NCBI GenBank assembly: GCA_965263355.1 | Contig: CBDHHL010000056.1 | Coordinates: 1 to 64,000 of the forward strand | Direction of reading: 5' to 3' | Source of the DNA: Leptolyngbyaceae cyanobacterium | GTDB lineage: Bacteria; Cyanobacteriota; Cyanobacteriia; Phormidesmidales; Phormidesmidaceae | DNA: 64,000 nucleotides | Part shown: positions 53,675-64,000 of the stretch, one piece after another | Layout: each line of letters starts with the position of its first letter | How positions within the stretch are numbered: position 1 is the first letter of the stretch | Notes under the pieces: model-generated | What the model was told of the DNA's origin: nothing | What the model saw: only the letters and a program-made list of their open reading frames with translations | Database searches by the model: none | Translations under genes and position numbers: made by a program

Positions 53675-53708
53675 CAAAAATTCCCCTCAAAATTGAAGGG
53701 AATTTTTG
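53675..53708 (-). terminator. Intrinsic terminator after the upstream ferredoxin
   Basis: CAAAAATTCCCCTCAA / TTGAAGGGAATTTTTG. Confidence 0.7.
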
Positions 53709-53863
53709 TTGAAAGCCTACAACTTAAACGTACATTTAAGCTGCCTAATATAACGTCTCTTACCCAAATAAAGTGCATCAGAACTACTAACTGAAAAGCT
53801 TTCTAGCTTCTACTATGCAATTTACCAGATAGAGAAACGCTACAAGGGGCCATTAAAAAGTAC

Positions 53864-54223
<360 letters not shown>

Positions 54224-54691
54224 CTATAGAGCCCGATAGCAGGCAATCTATTAGAGCAACATCATTTCTGATACTACGAGAAAATCATTGTGGTTCGCTA
54301 CTTTTCTGAGCAGTGGTTGAATGGTTTTCGTAATCAAACAACCGTCTCTGACATAATTTTACTTATGGAACCCTCGAACAATAAATGTTTGAACCTTACA
54401 AAGTGCTTTTCCTACAGGAAATACAGCATTTTAGCAGCCCTAACATGTGTCCAAGGACACCCCAAACGAATTATCATTAATTAATCTTCTTATAAGAAAA
54501 AATTATAGTGTATTTTGACCATACATTCTTGATAGTTAACCTTAGTTCAGTCTGGGTTTCTCATACTATAAAAGGTGGTTCATATTGCGATGAACTTTGT
54601 AGTCTAATTAACCTTTTTAAAGATTGGTCAAACTTACTTCAACAATGGCCTCTCTGCTAACAAGACTTTGCTGTATAAGCCTAGAGCCTCG

Positions 54692-55663
54692 ATGACTATT
54701 TATGTCGCCATTATTGGCACTGGCTTTGCCGCTCATAAGCGGGTGGAAGCTCTACAAAAAATCCCCCAGGTCGAGTTAGTGGCCGTAGCCAGTCGTAATG
54801 CAGAGCGGGCCCAGTGTTTTGCAGAGCAACATCATCTATCTGCTGTTAGTAGCAGTGCGCAACTCTGGAAAATTCAACAACTGGATTTGGTTTTTATTTG
54901 TACTGTGAATGCGGACCACGGAGCGTTGGTGCAGCAAGCGTTGGAGTGTAATAAACATGTTGTTGTTGAGTATCCCCTAGCGTTAGATGTAACTCAGGCT
55001 ACTCAACTGATATCGCTAGCTCGTAAACGTCAACGGCTTTTACATGTTGAACATATTGAGCTGATTGGTGGCTTACATCAATCTATGCAACAGCATATGG
55101 TGGCTGTGGGTACGCCTTATTACGTCAACTATCGTACCTTTGCCCCGAAACAGCCAGCCCCTAGAAAATGGAGCTACTGTCCAGAGTTGGTAGGTTTTCC
55201 ACTGATGGCTGCGCTCTCTCGCATTCAACGCTTGACGGATCTGTTTGGGGCTGTGGAGTATGTGACTTGTCAAGAAAGGCTGCAACAGCAGGACGCCCAC
55301 TACTTTTGTAGTTGTCTATACAGTGCGCAGCTACGTTTTTGCAATGGTATCTTAGCCGAACTTACCTATGGTAAAGGTGAAGGTCTCTGGCAGCGAAGTC
55401 GCTACATAGAAGTTAGGGGCGATCAAGGCTGTCTGATCTTTGACGGTAATCAAGGAACCTTAGTAACAGCAGCCGGGGAACAATCTATTGCCGCAGTGCC
55501 CCGGCAAGGCTTATTCCAAAAAGACACTCACTGGGTGGTGGAGCATTTGGTAAAAGGTAAGCCAATGTATGTGCAGCCGGAGGAGAGCTTATACGCGTTG
55601 CGGGTCGCAGCGGCGTTAGAACAAGCGGTGACGTTGGGCGAAAGAGTTAGGGTTATCGATTAA
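54692..55663 (+). CDS. bvdR: Gfo/Idh/MocA oxidoreductase, probable biliverdin reductase
   Basis: [47 protein letters not shown]. Confidence 0.8.
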   Translation: MTIYVAIIGTGFAAHKRVEALQKIPQVELVAVASRNAERAQCFAEQHHLSAVSSSAQLWKIQQLDLVFICTVNADHGALVQQALECNKHVVVEYPLALDVTQATQLISLARKRQRLLHVEHIELIGGLHQSMQQHMVAVGTPYYVNYRTFAPKQPAPRKWSYCPELVGFPLMAALSRIQRLTDLFGAVEYVTCQERLQQQDAHYFCSCLYSAQLRFCNGILAELTYGKGEGLWQRSRYIEVRGDQGCLIFDGNQGTLVTAAGEQSIAAVPRQGLFQKDTHWVVEHLVKGKPMYVQPEESLYALRVAAALEQAVTLGERVRVID

Positions 55664-56387
55664 CCAAAACGCCTGGGCTCTCCTGTTCCGGTACGATGTC
55701 TGCTATGTCCATCTGGGCGCAGTATTCAAGATCGGCGGTGTTGTTAAGACGCAATAGCCGTTGGCCATGGGTTGCTATCTGCATGAGTTCCAGCATGCGA
55801 TCTTGCCATTGTTCGTATAGCCCAACGGCAGCGACGGCGGAGTCATTGCCAGTGCAGTCCACAAACCGTTGACCTGTTTTTGCCATCAGGGCATGGATAA
55901 TGGCTCCGGCGCAGACAGTGTCTTCCAGGGAGTAGGTTCCTTCCCAGCCAGAACCCACTAGCCAGACAGACTCGGGCTGTTTAGCTAGCAATTTATCGAC
56001 AACAGCTTGGCGGGTAGTTAGGGCTGCGGTCATTACCAATGGCACGGCCTGAATCCGTTGCAAACAGCGAGTGCCATTGGTAGTGCTCATAAATAAACGC
56101 CGACCGGCAGTCCGCTCAGGGGCATGATCGCGGGGGGAGTTGCCGAGGTCAAATCCATCTACTCGTTGACCGCCACGTTCTCCTGCAAGAATGCGTTTTT
56201 CTGCGGGCCATTGCTCACTAGCTTGAACTAGTTTATCTAAATCACTGAAGACTTCAATTGCTTCGGCACCTGCTGCAAAGGCTGCTGCCATAGTTGTGGT
56301 AGCTCTGAGAACATCAATTGCGATCGCACAGACAGGCAGAGCATCGGTTGGTGTCTCTTCAGGGGTGTGGTAGACAAATAGTTTCAC
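55653..56387 (-). CDS. comB: 2-phosphosulfolactate phosphatase family
   Basis: [33 protein letters not shown]. Confidence 0.93.
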   Translation of the reverse strand: MKLFVYHTPEETPTDALPVCAIAIDVLRATTTMAAAFAAGAEAIEVFSDLDKLVQASEQWPAEKRILAGERGGQRVDGFDLGNSPRDHAPERTAGRRLFMSTTNGTRCLQRIQAVPLVMTAALTTRQAVVDKLLAKQPESVWLVGSGWEGTYSLEDTVCAGAIIHALMAKTGQRFVDCTGNDSAVAAVGLYEQWQDRMLELMQIATHGQRLLRLNNTADLEYCAQMDIADIVPEQESPGVLVNR

Positions 56388-56488
56388 AAATTTTTCGCAA
56401 ATATATTTAGTTAGAAGGAGGCACGGACAGACCTGACTATTCTATGGGGGAAAGTACGCATAAAGGTATGAATACTTGATTTTGAGTT

Positions 56489-56563
56489 TTAAACTTTGTC
56501 CACGTCCAGAACTGGAATGTTTCCGTAGAAAGCCCTATAGGTTTCAACTTGGACGTAGTTTAG
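56489..56563 (+). repeat. 75-bp dispersed repeat, copy D
   Basis: TTAAACT...CCACGTCCAGA...AACTTGGACGTAGTTTAG. Confidence 0.8.
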
Positions 56564-56649
56564 GCTTGATTGAATAAAAACCCTGTCCAGGTTTTTAAGG
56601 ATAAGGGGTTTTACCTTAAAACTCAAAGTAAAAAAACTACACCCTGTTA

Positions 56650-57897
56650 TTAAAGGCCCCCAACAAATCGTCCTGGATTTAAAAGACCATGGGGGTCAAA
56701 TTGCTGTTTGATGGCTGTCATCATCGATAGGGCATTACCGGTATACCCCCAGGGTTCTAACGGTAGCGGGGCGGGGGCTTGCAGAATTGTCAGGTACCCT
56801 TTGTGGGCGTTGCAATGGGATCGCAACTTTTCTAGTATGCTGACGGCGGCTCCATCCATTGACAGCCCAATTAAGCCTAGACCACTAGCATTGTGCAATC
56901 GGGCCAGCCAAGGGACAGAAACGGTGTCTAGCAACTGTAGCAGGGGCACTAACTGGGTGGGTAACAGACCCACTTTGCACAAAATCCTGGTTGGATTTGC
57001 TAATTGCAGCGCCAGGGACGACCAGTAGGTATCCTCTGCTACATCTTCATAGGTTAACCCTGTGGTGGTTGCGATCGCTTGAAAGCGCTTCACCTGTTCA
57101 TTGACACCAGCCGCAATCCCCTGAAATCGTCCAGCTAACTGTAGGCCCTGCTCGGTCGCAACTACATCCATGGCACTGACGGTGAGTCCCTGTAGTCGAG
57201 CCTGTAACGCGGCCTCGGCGATGGCCGCCGCTGTTCCCGATAACACCACTGTCTGGGATTGCTCTGCCATGGGATAAAGCCTCAAGGTGAGCTGACTGAG
57301 AATGCCCAATGTGCCATAGGCCCCGGTCATCAGCTTCATCAGGTCATAACCAGCGACGTTTTTGACAACCCGGCCACCGGCTTTAGCTACCTCACCGTCG
57401 TAGCGCACAAACTGCACACCGATTATCGTATCGCGGACGCTGCCATAGCGCTGTCGTAGAGACCCGCCATCGGCGGTGGCCACAACCCCTCCTACGGTTG
57501 CCTGTTGTGCATATAGCGGATCCACCGGCCAGAATTGTCCCTGGGGTTGCAACTTGGCCCGTAATGCGGCAATTCCCATACCTGCTTCCACCCGCATCGT
57601 AAAGTCATCGACCCAATGGTCTACCAGGCGATTGAGACGGGCGGTGCTGATCACCAGGTCAATATTGGTTAACGAGTATTGCCCCCCCCAATGTAATTTG
57701 GTCCGTTGACCGCAGCTCAGCATACGCCAACGCTGTTCATAACAGGTACGCACCACTGCCGAGAGCTGCTCAATGGATTCGGGAAAAACGACACTGAGTT
57801 GGTCAGACACCTCAAAGCGAGCATCGTTGAGACTAGACCAGGACACTACCTGGTCGGTACCAAGCAGCGATTGAAATTTATTGACTACGGAACTCAT
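56650..57897 (-). CDS. glcE: FAD-binding oxidase, glycolate dehydrogenase subunit GlcE-like
   Basis: ATVGGVVAT, GGRVVKNVAGYDLMKL, FDPHGLLNPGRF. Confidence 0.85.
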   Translation of the reverse strand: MSSVVNKFQSLLGTDQVVSWSSLNDARFEVSDQLSVVFPESIEQLSAVVRTCYEQRWRMLSCGQRTKLHWGGQYSLTNIDLVISTARLNRLVDHWVDDFTMRVEAGMGIAALRAKLQPQGQFWPVDPLYAQQATVGGVVATADGGSLRQRYGSVRDTIIGVQFVRYDGEVAKAGGRVVKNVAGYDLMKLMTGAYGTLGILSQLTLRLYPMAEQSQTVVLSGTAAAIAEAALQARLQGLTVSAMDVVATEQGLQLAGRFQGIAAGVNEQVKRFQAIATTTGLTYEDVAEDTYWSSLALQLANPTRILCKVGLLPTQLVPLLQLLDTVSVPWLARLHNASGLGLIGLSMDGAAVSILEKLRSHCNAHKGYLTILQAPAPLPLEPWGYTGNALSMMTAIKQQFDPHGLLNPGRFVGGL

Positions 57898-58060
57898 GGT
57901 GATGCGCTGACTGCGCCTTACATTTTATCGGCCATCGGGGAATGGATAATGAACAATGGATAATCTTCTTTGCTTACTAGCCGTAGGGTGGGCACACCCA
58001 TTGGTGAATGGATAGTTAACAATGGCTAATTTTCTGGGCCCACCAGGCCAGTGTTTAAGA

Positions 58061-58855
58061 TTATTCAATGCCAATTTTTACCGGGCCGCTACCCGAGTTT
58101 TTAGGGGGTTCCGTACGCATCTTACGGTAGTCGGCGTAGAGGCGATCGCGCCAGGTCCAAAACCGTTCATAGTCAGGATTGTCGGCTAGACCGGGGACAC
58201 CTTTTTCGCACAAACCTGCTGGTAGGTCTACATAGCGCTGGCCTGGAAACTTGAGATACATGGAAATTCCAGCGACGGCAAAGTCTGCCAGGGTGGGCTG
58301 AATGCCTACCAGGTAGGGATGCTCTGATAGGACAACACAGATGGATGACAGGGCCTGTTGCAAACTGAGGCTGGCGGTTTTGATATCATCTGGGCCAAAG
58401 CCGATGCCGGTGCCGAGTAGATTGAGTAGATCTCCAGGGACGGCACTGACCAGGTCTTTTACTAGATCTGGTGTGGATGCGGGCAACAGCGATGTCCGAA
58501 AACTAGGATGTTGGTTAAAGGCTCCGATCATGGCTTTGCGGGCATTGGGGCCAATGGACTCGTCGGCCCAGTCCTCAATCATGCAACATAGACCCCGCAT
58601 GGCACCATCGGCGGGTAAAACTGGACGTTCAGGGTAGGCATCGTCGAGATAGGTTGCGATCGCAGTAGAATCTGCCACCACCGTTGTCCCATCCTTAAGC
58701 ACAGGCACTTGTCGTTGGCCTGACAGACGATATAGCTCTACCTGCCCCACACCCGGTGTAACCTCCACCGTTTTATAGGGCAGTTGCTTGTAGTCCAAAA
58801 CTAATCGAACCTTTTCACAATAATGAGATGCTTCAAACTGGTGTAGCTCTAACAT
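58061..58855 (-). CDS. Glutathione S-transferase family protein
   Basis: SHYCEKVRL, QVPVL, DSTAIA, PTLADFAVA. Confidence 0.9.
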   Translation of the reverse strand: MLELHQFEASHYCEKVRLVLDYKQLPYKTVEVTPGVGQVELYRLSGQRQVPVLKDGTTVVADSTAIATYLDDAYPERPVLPADGAMRGLCCMIEDWADESIGPNARKAMIGAFNQHPSFRTSLLPASTPDLVKDLVSAVPGDLLNLLGTGIGFGPDDIKTASLSLQQALSSICVVLSEHPYLVGIQPTLADFAVAGISMYLKFPGQRYVDLPAGLCEKGVPGLADNPDYERFWTWRDRLYADYRKMRTEPPKNSGSGPVKIGIE

Positions 58856-58877
58856 TTTGGGAGAGAAGAGTTAGGGG

Positions 58878-59642
58878 TTAAGAACATCCTTTTGGTTCAG
58901 TCACCTTGACGGTCAAATTGCCATAGCCCAAGGGTTCAATCAGCTGACGCATGGTTACTTCAGCCCGCTCGCTGGCCATGGTCAAAATGCCCTGGTCACA
59001 GGCACCCTGGCGGATCCGCTTGAGGGCTTCCTGCTGGGCCAATGTCTGCAATTCGGGAGCCCGATCTGGCCCTAAACTAAGAAAGCCACGATTGTAGTCG
59101 TAAACTTTTGAACGGGTGACATCCAGCTTGCTGTCCAAAATTTTAGGAGCAGGGAGGGTGACCACTAAGCTGGGCGGCAGCTCTTCAGAATCGTCAATTA
59201 CCTGGATATTATCTTCACTGATGGCATCGAGGTCGATGCCTGCTCGAACTTCGCCATGGGCAATGTATAGCAAATTGGTTTGACCAATAACATAGTTGCC
59301 CACGGTACGATTACTTTCTGTGGGCACCACAGCTTCCATGGAAAATATGGCAGTGGTTAGTTCGCTGGCCCCCTGAACTTGTTCGACAATCAGGGTGCGG
59401 GTATCCACCTTATCTTCCGCTGGTTTCGGCGTAAACATTAGCTTCACACCATCCATAAACTGATCTCCAGTGCGCCACAGACCGTAGCCTGCCACTGACG
59501 CCACTATCAAACCGCCCCCTAAAAGGGCCATAGATAGCATTGATAAGATCCGTAAACGGCTGGGCTGAGGCCTTTTATCTTTCTGTCTATCCGGTTTACG
59601 AGATCGACTGCGGTTAGCAACACGAGAGGGACGAGTAAACAT
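58878..59642 (-). CDS. DUF4230-like membrane-anchored protein
   Basis: TM helix, then ASELTTA, AHGEVRAGIDL, TLPAPKIL; likely ATG at 59642. Confidence 0.8.
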   Translation of the reverse strand: MFTRPSRVANRSRSRKPDRQKDKRPQPSRLRILSMLSMALLGGGLIVASVAGYGLWRTGDQFMDGVKLMFTPKPAEDKVDTRTLIVEQVQGASELTTAIFSMEAVVPTESNRTVGNYVIGQTNLLYIAHGEVRAGIDLDAISEDNIQVIDDSEELPPSLVVTLPAPKILDSKLDVTRSKVYDYNRGFLSLGPDRAPELQTLAQQEALKRIRQGACDQGILTMASERAEVTMRQLIEPLGYGNLTVKVTEPKGCS

Positions 59643-59715
59643 GAAGCTGCCTAGAATGCTAGGGATGATTCTAGCGTCAGTTGCCAAGAATGAACGGTCA
59701 ATTCGGTCAGTTGTA

Positions 59716-59790
59716 TTAAACCTTGTCCACGCCCAGAACGGCAGTTTTACCGTAGAGCAACCTCCAGGATTCAATTTGAACTTGGTTTAA
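59716..59790 (+). repeat. 75-bp dispersed repeat, copy E
   Basis: TTAAACCTTGTCCACGCCCAGA...AATTTGAACTTGGTTTAA. Confidence 0.75.
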
Positions 59791-59892
59791 ATGTCCTATT
59801 TTTTGTACGACTTTATTGGATGCAAGTATGGTTCCATACAATTAAGGCAAACACGATAAGGTGGGTAAAGCACTGCCCTATCTTGCTTGTTT

Positions 59893-60300
59893 ATGACCTC
59901 CTCTGCATCTGAGACCAACCGACAGCGCCTTCAAACGTTCCGCAACAAACTACTCAAACTTCACAAACTGCTCCTAGACTCAGAGCGTGTGCGCTATGAG
60001 CAAGTGAATGGTCCAATTAAGAATAAGGGTGAATTTTTTCAGCTGGTGATTGGAGACGACGCCTTTAGCTGGCTGCGACCCATTTCTCAATTTATTGTGC
60101 AAATTGATGAGTTTACTAGTGCGAAGGAACCGCCTGAGAATCCTGAAGAGACTGCGGCAATTTTGCTGGAGAAAGGTCGTTTAATGCTGAAGCCTGATGA
60201 ACATTCGGTAACGCCGTTGGCGGCTAAGTATTTTGAAGCGATTCAGAGTAATCCCCAGGTGGCGCTGATGAATGCGGAGATTACTAAAGTTTTTCGTTGA
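59893..60300 (+). CDS. Hypothetical helical protein
   Basis: LLKLHKLLLDSER...FSWLRPISQFIVQIDE; clean ORF. Confidence 0.75.
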   Translation: MTSSASETNRQRLQTFRNKLLKLHKLLLDSERVRYEQVNGPIKNKGEFFQLVIGDDAFSWLRPISQFIVQIDEFTSAKEPPENPEETAAILLEKGRLMLKPDEHSVTPLAAKYFEAIQSNPQVALMNAEITKVFR

Positions 60301-60392
60301 TGGATGATGGGTTTAACTGGCCAGTCTGAATCAGGCAATGACGTTCAACCAAACGCTTTGGTCGATTGGTTTTGAGTAAGGCCAATGTTGCT

Positions 60393-60590
60393 CTACCAAT
60401 AGGAGTTAAGCGAGCAAGCCAGTGCTAGATTCTCTGCAGTTGTTTGTCCGCCATGTTTTTCTGCAATGACATGATCGATTTGATGTGCGGCTAATGCCAT
60501 TACTTTGGGGATGAGGCAATACTCGCAGCGACTTTGGGCACGATCATAGGCTAGCTTACGCAGACTAACTGGCACATAGGTTTTGCTCAT
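60393..60590 (-). pseudogene. C-terminally truncated HNH endonuclease
   Basis: RCEYC, HQIDHVIAEKHGG, NLALAC, then a stop where the second CxxC/N motif should be completed. Confidence 0.75.
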
Positions 60591-60799
60591 GCAGCATTTT
60601 GTAATTTAAGCAAGGCCTGGGCTTTTGCTATACGGACAAGATGTTCGACAAATTCATACTGTTGCCAGAGAACTTGCTCTATGGAATTCAATTCACCATT
60701 TTGATTTTTTTCAAGCAGTGTATTGATCTGGGCTTGAGCAGTTTCTGATAAGCGCAGGTCTAAGATTTCTTGAGGTGAGGGTAAGTTGGCCACCCTCAA
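60587..60799 (-). pseudogene. Small HNH-partner protein, probably N-terminally truncated
   Basis: LPSPQEILDLR...LLEKN...EHLVRIAKAQA; stop overlaps the HNH start (ATGA); only a TTG start. Confidence 0.55.
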
Positions 60800-60871
60800 A
60801 GAAATTATTCCATGCTATTCGCACTATAGCCAGACCTAACCACGTCCAAGGTTCAACCTATTTGTTGGGTT

Positions 60872-61051
60872 TTATGGGGACAAGACAGTGTAAGACAAAA
60901 TCTCCTGGGCGAGATTACCCATATTTTTGAATAGATGATGGGCTCCTGCTTGGGTTAGTCGATACTCTTTCATTAATTCAGCATTGGCAATGTGCTCGCT
61001 ATCAACAAGTACGCCATCGCAATCAAAGATTATGAGTTCAAAGCCATTCAT
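60872..61051 (-). pseudogene. Internally deleted HAD-family hydrolase (59 aa)
   Basis: MNGFELIIFDCDGVLVDSEHIAN (HAD motif I) joined in frame to LTQAGAHHLFKNMGNL (HAD C-terminus-like). Confidence 0.8.
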
Positions 61052-61321
61052 GATCTATGCTTTATGTCTTATTTGGTCACCTACTTATAACAACCTATTT
61101 GATATAGAGCTTCACAACCAATCTTGTCGCTTGAGCGATAGTCCTTAATTCTTGAGCTTTATAACCGACTTTGTGCAGGATGCGAGTACTTTAAATTTGG
61201 ACGTTGATTTAGTAAAAATCAGTAAAATTCAGGCTTAAAATTGGTAATCCTATGAAACGTTAGCTCAGTTTAATGCCAATCTATGGAAGTTGACAGTGAT
61301 GGATGATGGCCGATAGCTCCC

Positions 61322-62377
61322 ATGGTGTCTGTTATTCTACAGAAAATCTTTTTAGGGAATACCGTTAAAGCCTATGGTATTGCCCTGCTGAATATTGGTG
61401 TGGGTATTGCGATCGCACATCTCCTAAAACACCTCATTCTGCGCCGCCTTCAACGCTGGGCCAAACGCACGACAAATACCCTGGACGATCAACTTGTCCG
61501 CTTGATTGAGCGGCCCACCCTGTGGCTGCTTTACCTGGGTTCCTGCTATATCAGTTTGCAAAACTTGACCCTATATCCCACGGTTTACCAACTGCTGAGA
61601 GGCACTGGCGTAATTTTTGCCACCTTGTTATTACTGCAGCTAGCGGGGTCAGTGGCTGAATATAGCCTGCGTATTTATGGCTTTATCCACCGCGATCAGC
61701 CTAACATCCGTCAAAGTCTCAATGCCCTGATTCCAGCGGTGCGAGTGTTTCTGTGGGCCATTGGTATTGTTTTTGTGCTGGATAACCTGGGGTTTGACAT
61801 TTCGGCTGTAGTCACGGGTCTAGGCATTGGGGGGGTGGCCATTGCCCTGGCTTCCCAAGGGATTTTACAAGACCTGTTTAGTTACTTTTCCATTTTGTTA
61901 GATCGCCCCTTTGAAATTGGTGACTTTATTGTTATTGCCGATATGGCGGGTACCGTCGAACAGGTGGGTATCAAAACCACACGTCTTAAAAGTCTTGACG
62001 GAGAACAACTTGTATTTGCTAACACCGATCTCACATCTGCGCGGCTCCAAAATTTTCAGCGTATGGCCCACCGACGGATTGCCTTTAATCTAGGCGTTAC
62101 CTACGAAACTAGCATGGACCAACTGGAGCAGATCCCCACCATCCTTCGTCGCATTATTGAAGAGATTCCCCAGGTCACATTTGACCGGGCCCATTTCGCT
62201 AGCTTTGGAGACTTTAGCCTCAACTACGAAGTTGTTTACTTAGTGGACACCAATGATTACACCCTCTATCGAGATGTTCAACAACAGATGAACTTAGCCA
62301 TCAAACAACAGTTTGACCAAGCAGGCATAGAGTTTGCCTATCCGACCCAGGTGTTATACCTAAATCAGAACTCATAA
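61322..62377 (+). CDS. mscS: Small-conductance mechanosensitive channel family
   Basis: GLGIGGVAIALASQ, DRPFEIGDFI, GIKTTRL, GIEFAYPTQ. Confidence 0.93.
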   Translation: MVSVILQKIFLGNTVKAYGIALLNIGVGIAIAHLLKHLILRRLQRWAKRTTNTLDDQLVRLIERPTLWLLYLGSCYISLQNLTLYPTVYQLLRGTGVIFATLLLLQLAGSVAEYSLRIYGFIHRDQPNIRQSLNALIPAVRVFLWAIGIVFVLDNLGFDISAVVTGLGIGGVAIALASQGILQDLFSYFSILLDRPFEIGDFIVIADMAGTVEQVGIKTTRLKSLDGEQLVFANTDLTSARLQNFQRMAHRRIAFNLGVTYETSMDQLEQIPTILRRIIEEIPQVTFDRAHFASFGDFSLNYEVVYLVDTNDYTLYRDVQQQMNLAIKQQFDQAGIEFAYPTQVLYLNQNS

Positions 62378-62381
62378 CCGC

Positions 62382-62903
62382 TCAAATTGCAATATTAAAA
62401 CTGTCTCGACGATGGAAGTCGGGTTCTTCGCCTGGATGTTCGAGGGCCCAATGGGAGATGCTATCGGTTTTGAGGACGGTGCTCACACCGAGTTCCAAGG
62501 GTTGATCAAGGGCGAGCCAGTCGTCTGTGGAGAGTTCCAGGGTTAAATAGTAGCCCTTGGTGAGGGGTTGCCAGGTACTGGCAACCTGTTTGCACGCAGG
62601 TTCAGCTACCATGGCTTGACGGTAGTCGTCAAAACGATAAACGTTCCAGTCCCCGTTAGGGGCCGCATTGACTTCCCAATAGCGAGGTGAGTCGGGGATG
62701 CCGATAAAGACTTCAAAACAAGTGTCTTCCCAAAGATGATCGCGACGGCTAGGGGATTGACCGGTGGGAGGAACTTGCAGGGTTTCGACGGCCCCTGTGA
62801 GGGTGTACTCGATGGTGAGGGAGGATTGCGATCGCACTACCCGGCCAGAAATCACTAAATTAGAGACGGGTTCAAACGGTTTTAGCGAAAATGGGATAGC
62901 CAT
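62382..62903 (-). CDS. DOMON-like domain protein
   Basis: LWEDTCFEVF, YWEVNAAPNGDWNVYRFDDYR, HWAL.H...PDFH. Confidence 0.85.
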   Translation of the reverse strand: MAIPFSLKPFEPVSNLVISGRVVRSQSSLTIEYTLTGAVETLQVPPTGQSPSRRDHLWEDTCFEVFIGIPDSPRYWEVNAAPNGDWNVYRFDDYRQAMVAEPACKQVASTWQPLTKGYYLTLELSTDDWLALDQPLELGVSTVLKTDSISHWALEHPGEEPDFHRRDSFNIAI

Positions 62904-63066
62904 AGATGTCAGATGTCTCCTAGGGGCATAAAAATTAGGTAGATAGGGTCTAGAGAGGCGGACGGAATATCGCTTAAATTCCCTATAAATAAGGCTTAGG
63001 GGTAATAGTCACCAGGCACTGATGGTCACTGAGTGGTTTTCAGAACTCAGTACATACTTAATAGTT

Positions 63067-64000
63067 CTATGCTGCACGGTCTGCTTCAGTACAGTAATGG
63101 GCTTTTAGTTGATTAATTACCCTTTGAATCGCCTGTCCCTGATTGCGAATGCTCTCAGCCAGCTGAAATTGGACCATTGCCCGTTCTAAATTATGGTTAG
63201 GGCGCTGGGTCTTAAAATAAATGTCCCCTGCCAGGTGATCACTAAAAAAGCGTAAGCCTAGCTCAAAGGTGATCAACCAAATGGCATCATAAATATAGTC
63301 ATATTCCACCCTGTTAAGAAATGCGCTGGCGCTAGACAGATACCCCCGGAGGACAGCTGCACATAGGGTGACATCAAAGCTGACAGCCTGCCAATTTGGG
63401 GTTTCTTCTCCCAGGGCATTGCAGCTAGAGCGTAAACAATCGCCAATATCGTAGTGGACAAGCCCTGGTTTAACCGTATCGAGATCAATCAGGCTAGCGG
63501 CCTGTCCCGTGGCTGTGTCAATCAATATATTATTGATTTTTGGATCTCCATGAATGGAGCGTAGGGGTAACGTGCCATCGGCTTTGGCATCTTCTAAGAC
63601 AGATAACCGCTCTCGATGGTTGGCGATCAAGCTACAACAATGCTGCTCCTCCAGGGACAGGGAGTCGGTTTGCTGCCGAACAGCGTCGTATTGATTGAGA
63701 TAATGGGGGGTAATGTGGAAGCCAGGTAGCGTATCTGCCAGGTTTGTGGAGGGCAAATCGCTCAGCAAACTGTGAAAACAACCGAGACCGTAACCAATTT
63801 CAGTGGCGTGTTCCTGGTTTTGAATCGTATTGAATGTAGTGGTGCCTTGGACAAAGCTCAGCCCCCGCCAAACATTACCCAGGCCATCTATCCAGTGGTG
63901 TTGGTTATGCTCTGTTCTGAGTACCGTAGGCACTTCCCAACGCCGCTTTAGGGGAGTTTTGTCTAGACGTTCACGGGCATGGCTAACAAATTGACAGAGG
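63067..64000 (-). CDS. Aminoglycoside-phosphotransferase-like kinase (5' end outside window)
   Basis: IHGDPKINNIL, IDLDTVKPG, YDIGDCLRS; frame stays open to the window edge. Confidence 0.9.
   Translation of the reverse strand, partial: LCQFVSHARERLDKTPLKRRWEVPTVLRTEHNQHHWIDGLGNVWRGLSFVQGTTTFNTIQNQEHATEIGYGLGCFHSLLSDLPSTNLADTLPGFHITPHYLNQYDAVRQQTDSLSLEEQHCCSLIANHRERLSVLEDAKADGTLPLRSIHGDPKINNILIDTATGQAASLIDLDTVKPGLVHYDIGDCLRSSCNALGEETPNWQAVSFDVTLCAAVLRGYLSSASAFLNRVEYDYIYDAIWLITFELGLRFFSDHLAGDIYFKTQRPNHNLERAMVQFQLAESIRNQGQAIQRVINQLKAHYCTEADRAA

Overview
Chromosomal window from a filamentous cyanobacterium, inferred from frequent HIP1 GCGATCGC octamers, sqdB/sqdX, petF, bvdR and heptamer repeats. 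The most notable locus is a complete single-cassette integron at 2.0-5.7 kb. It has intI, an attI with an array of 23-bp palindromes on a ~40-bp period, and one attC. The cassette encodes a 470-aa protein that appears to fuse a minimal Cas10-like cyclase (mCpol), a CARF-like sensor, a coiled coil and two transmembrane helices, i.e. a candidate one-gene cyclic-nucleotide immune system. An ORF-less group IIB-type intron sits right after the integron core site GTTATGC, and its putative EBS1 loop is complementary to the core sequence TTAGRC. The rest of the window holds the end of an NRPS; a phosphate-scavenging/arsenate block (two giant RTX-tailed multi-phosphatases with a Pho box, gap-arsJ, a decayed acr3, sqdBX); a redox/iron block (katG with a PerR-like box, an atypical peroxiredoxin, GSTs, dps, three tandem ferredoxins); a 75-bp dispersed repeat family; and several decayed or internally deleted genes. 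All calls come from reading the sequence by eye, with no database searches.
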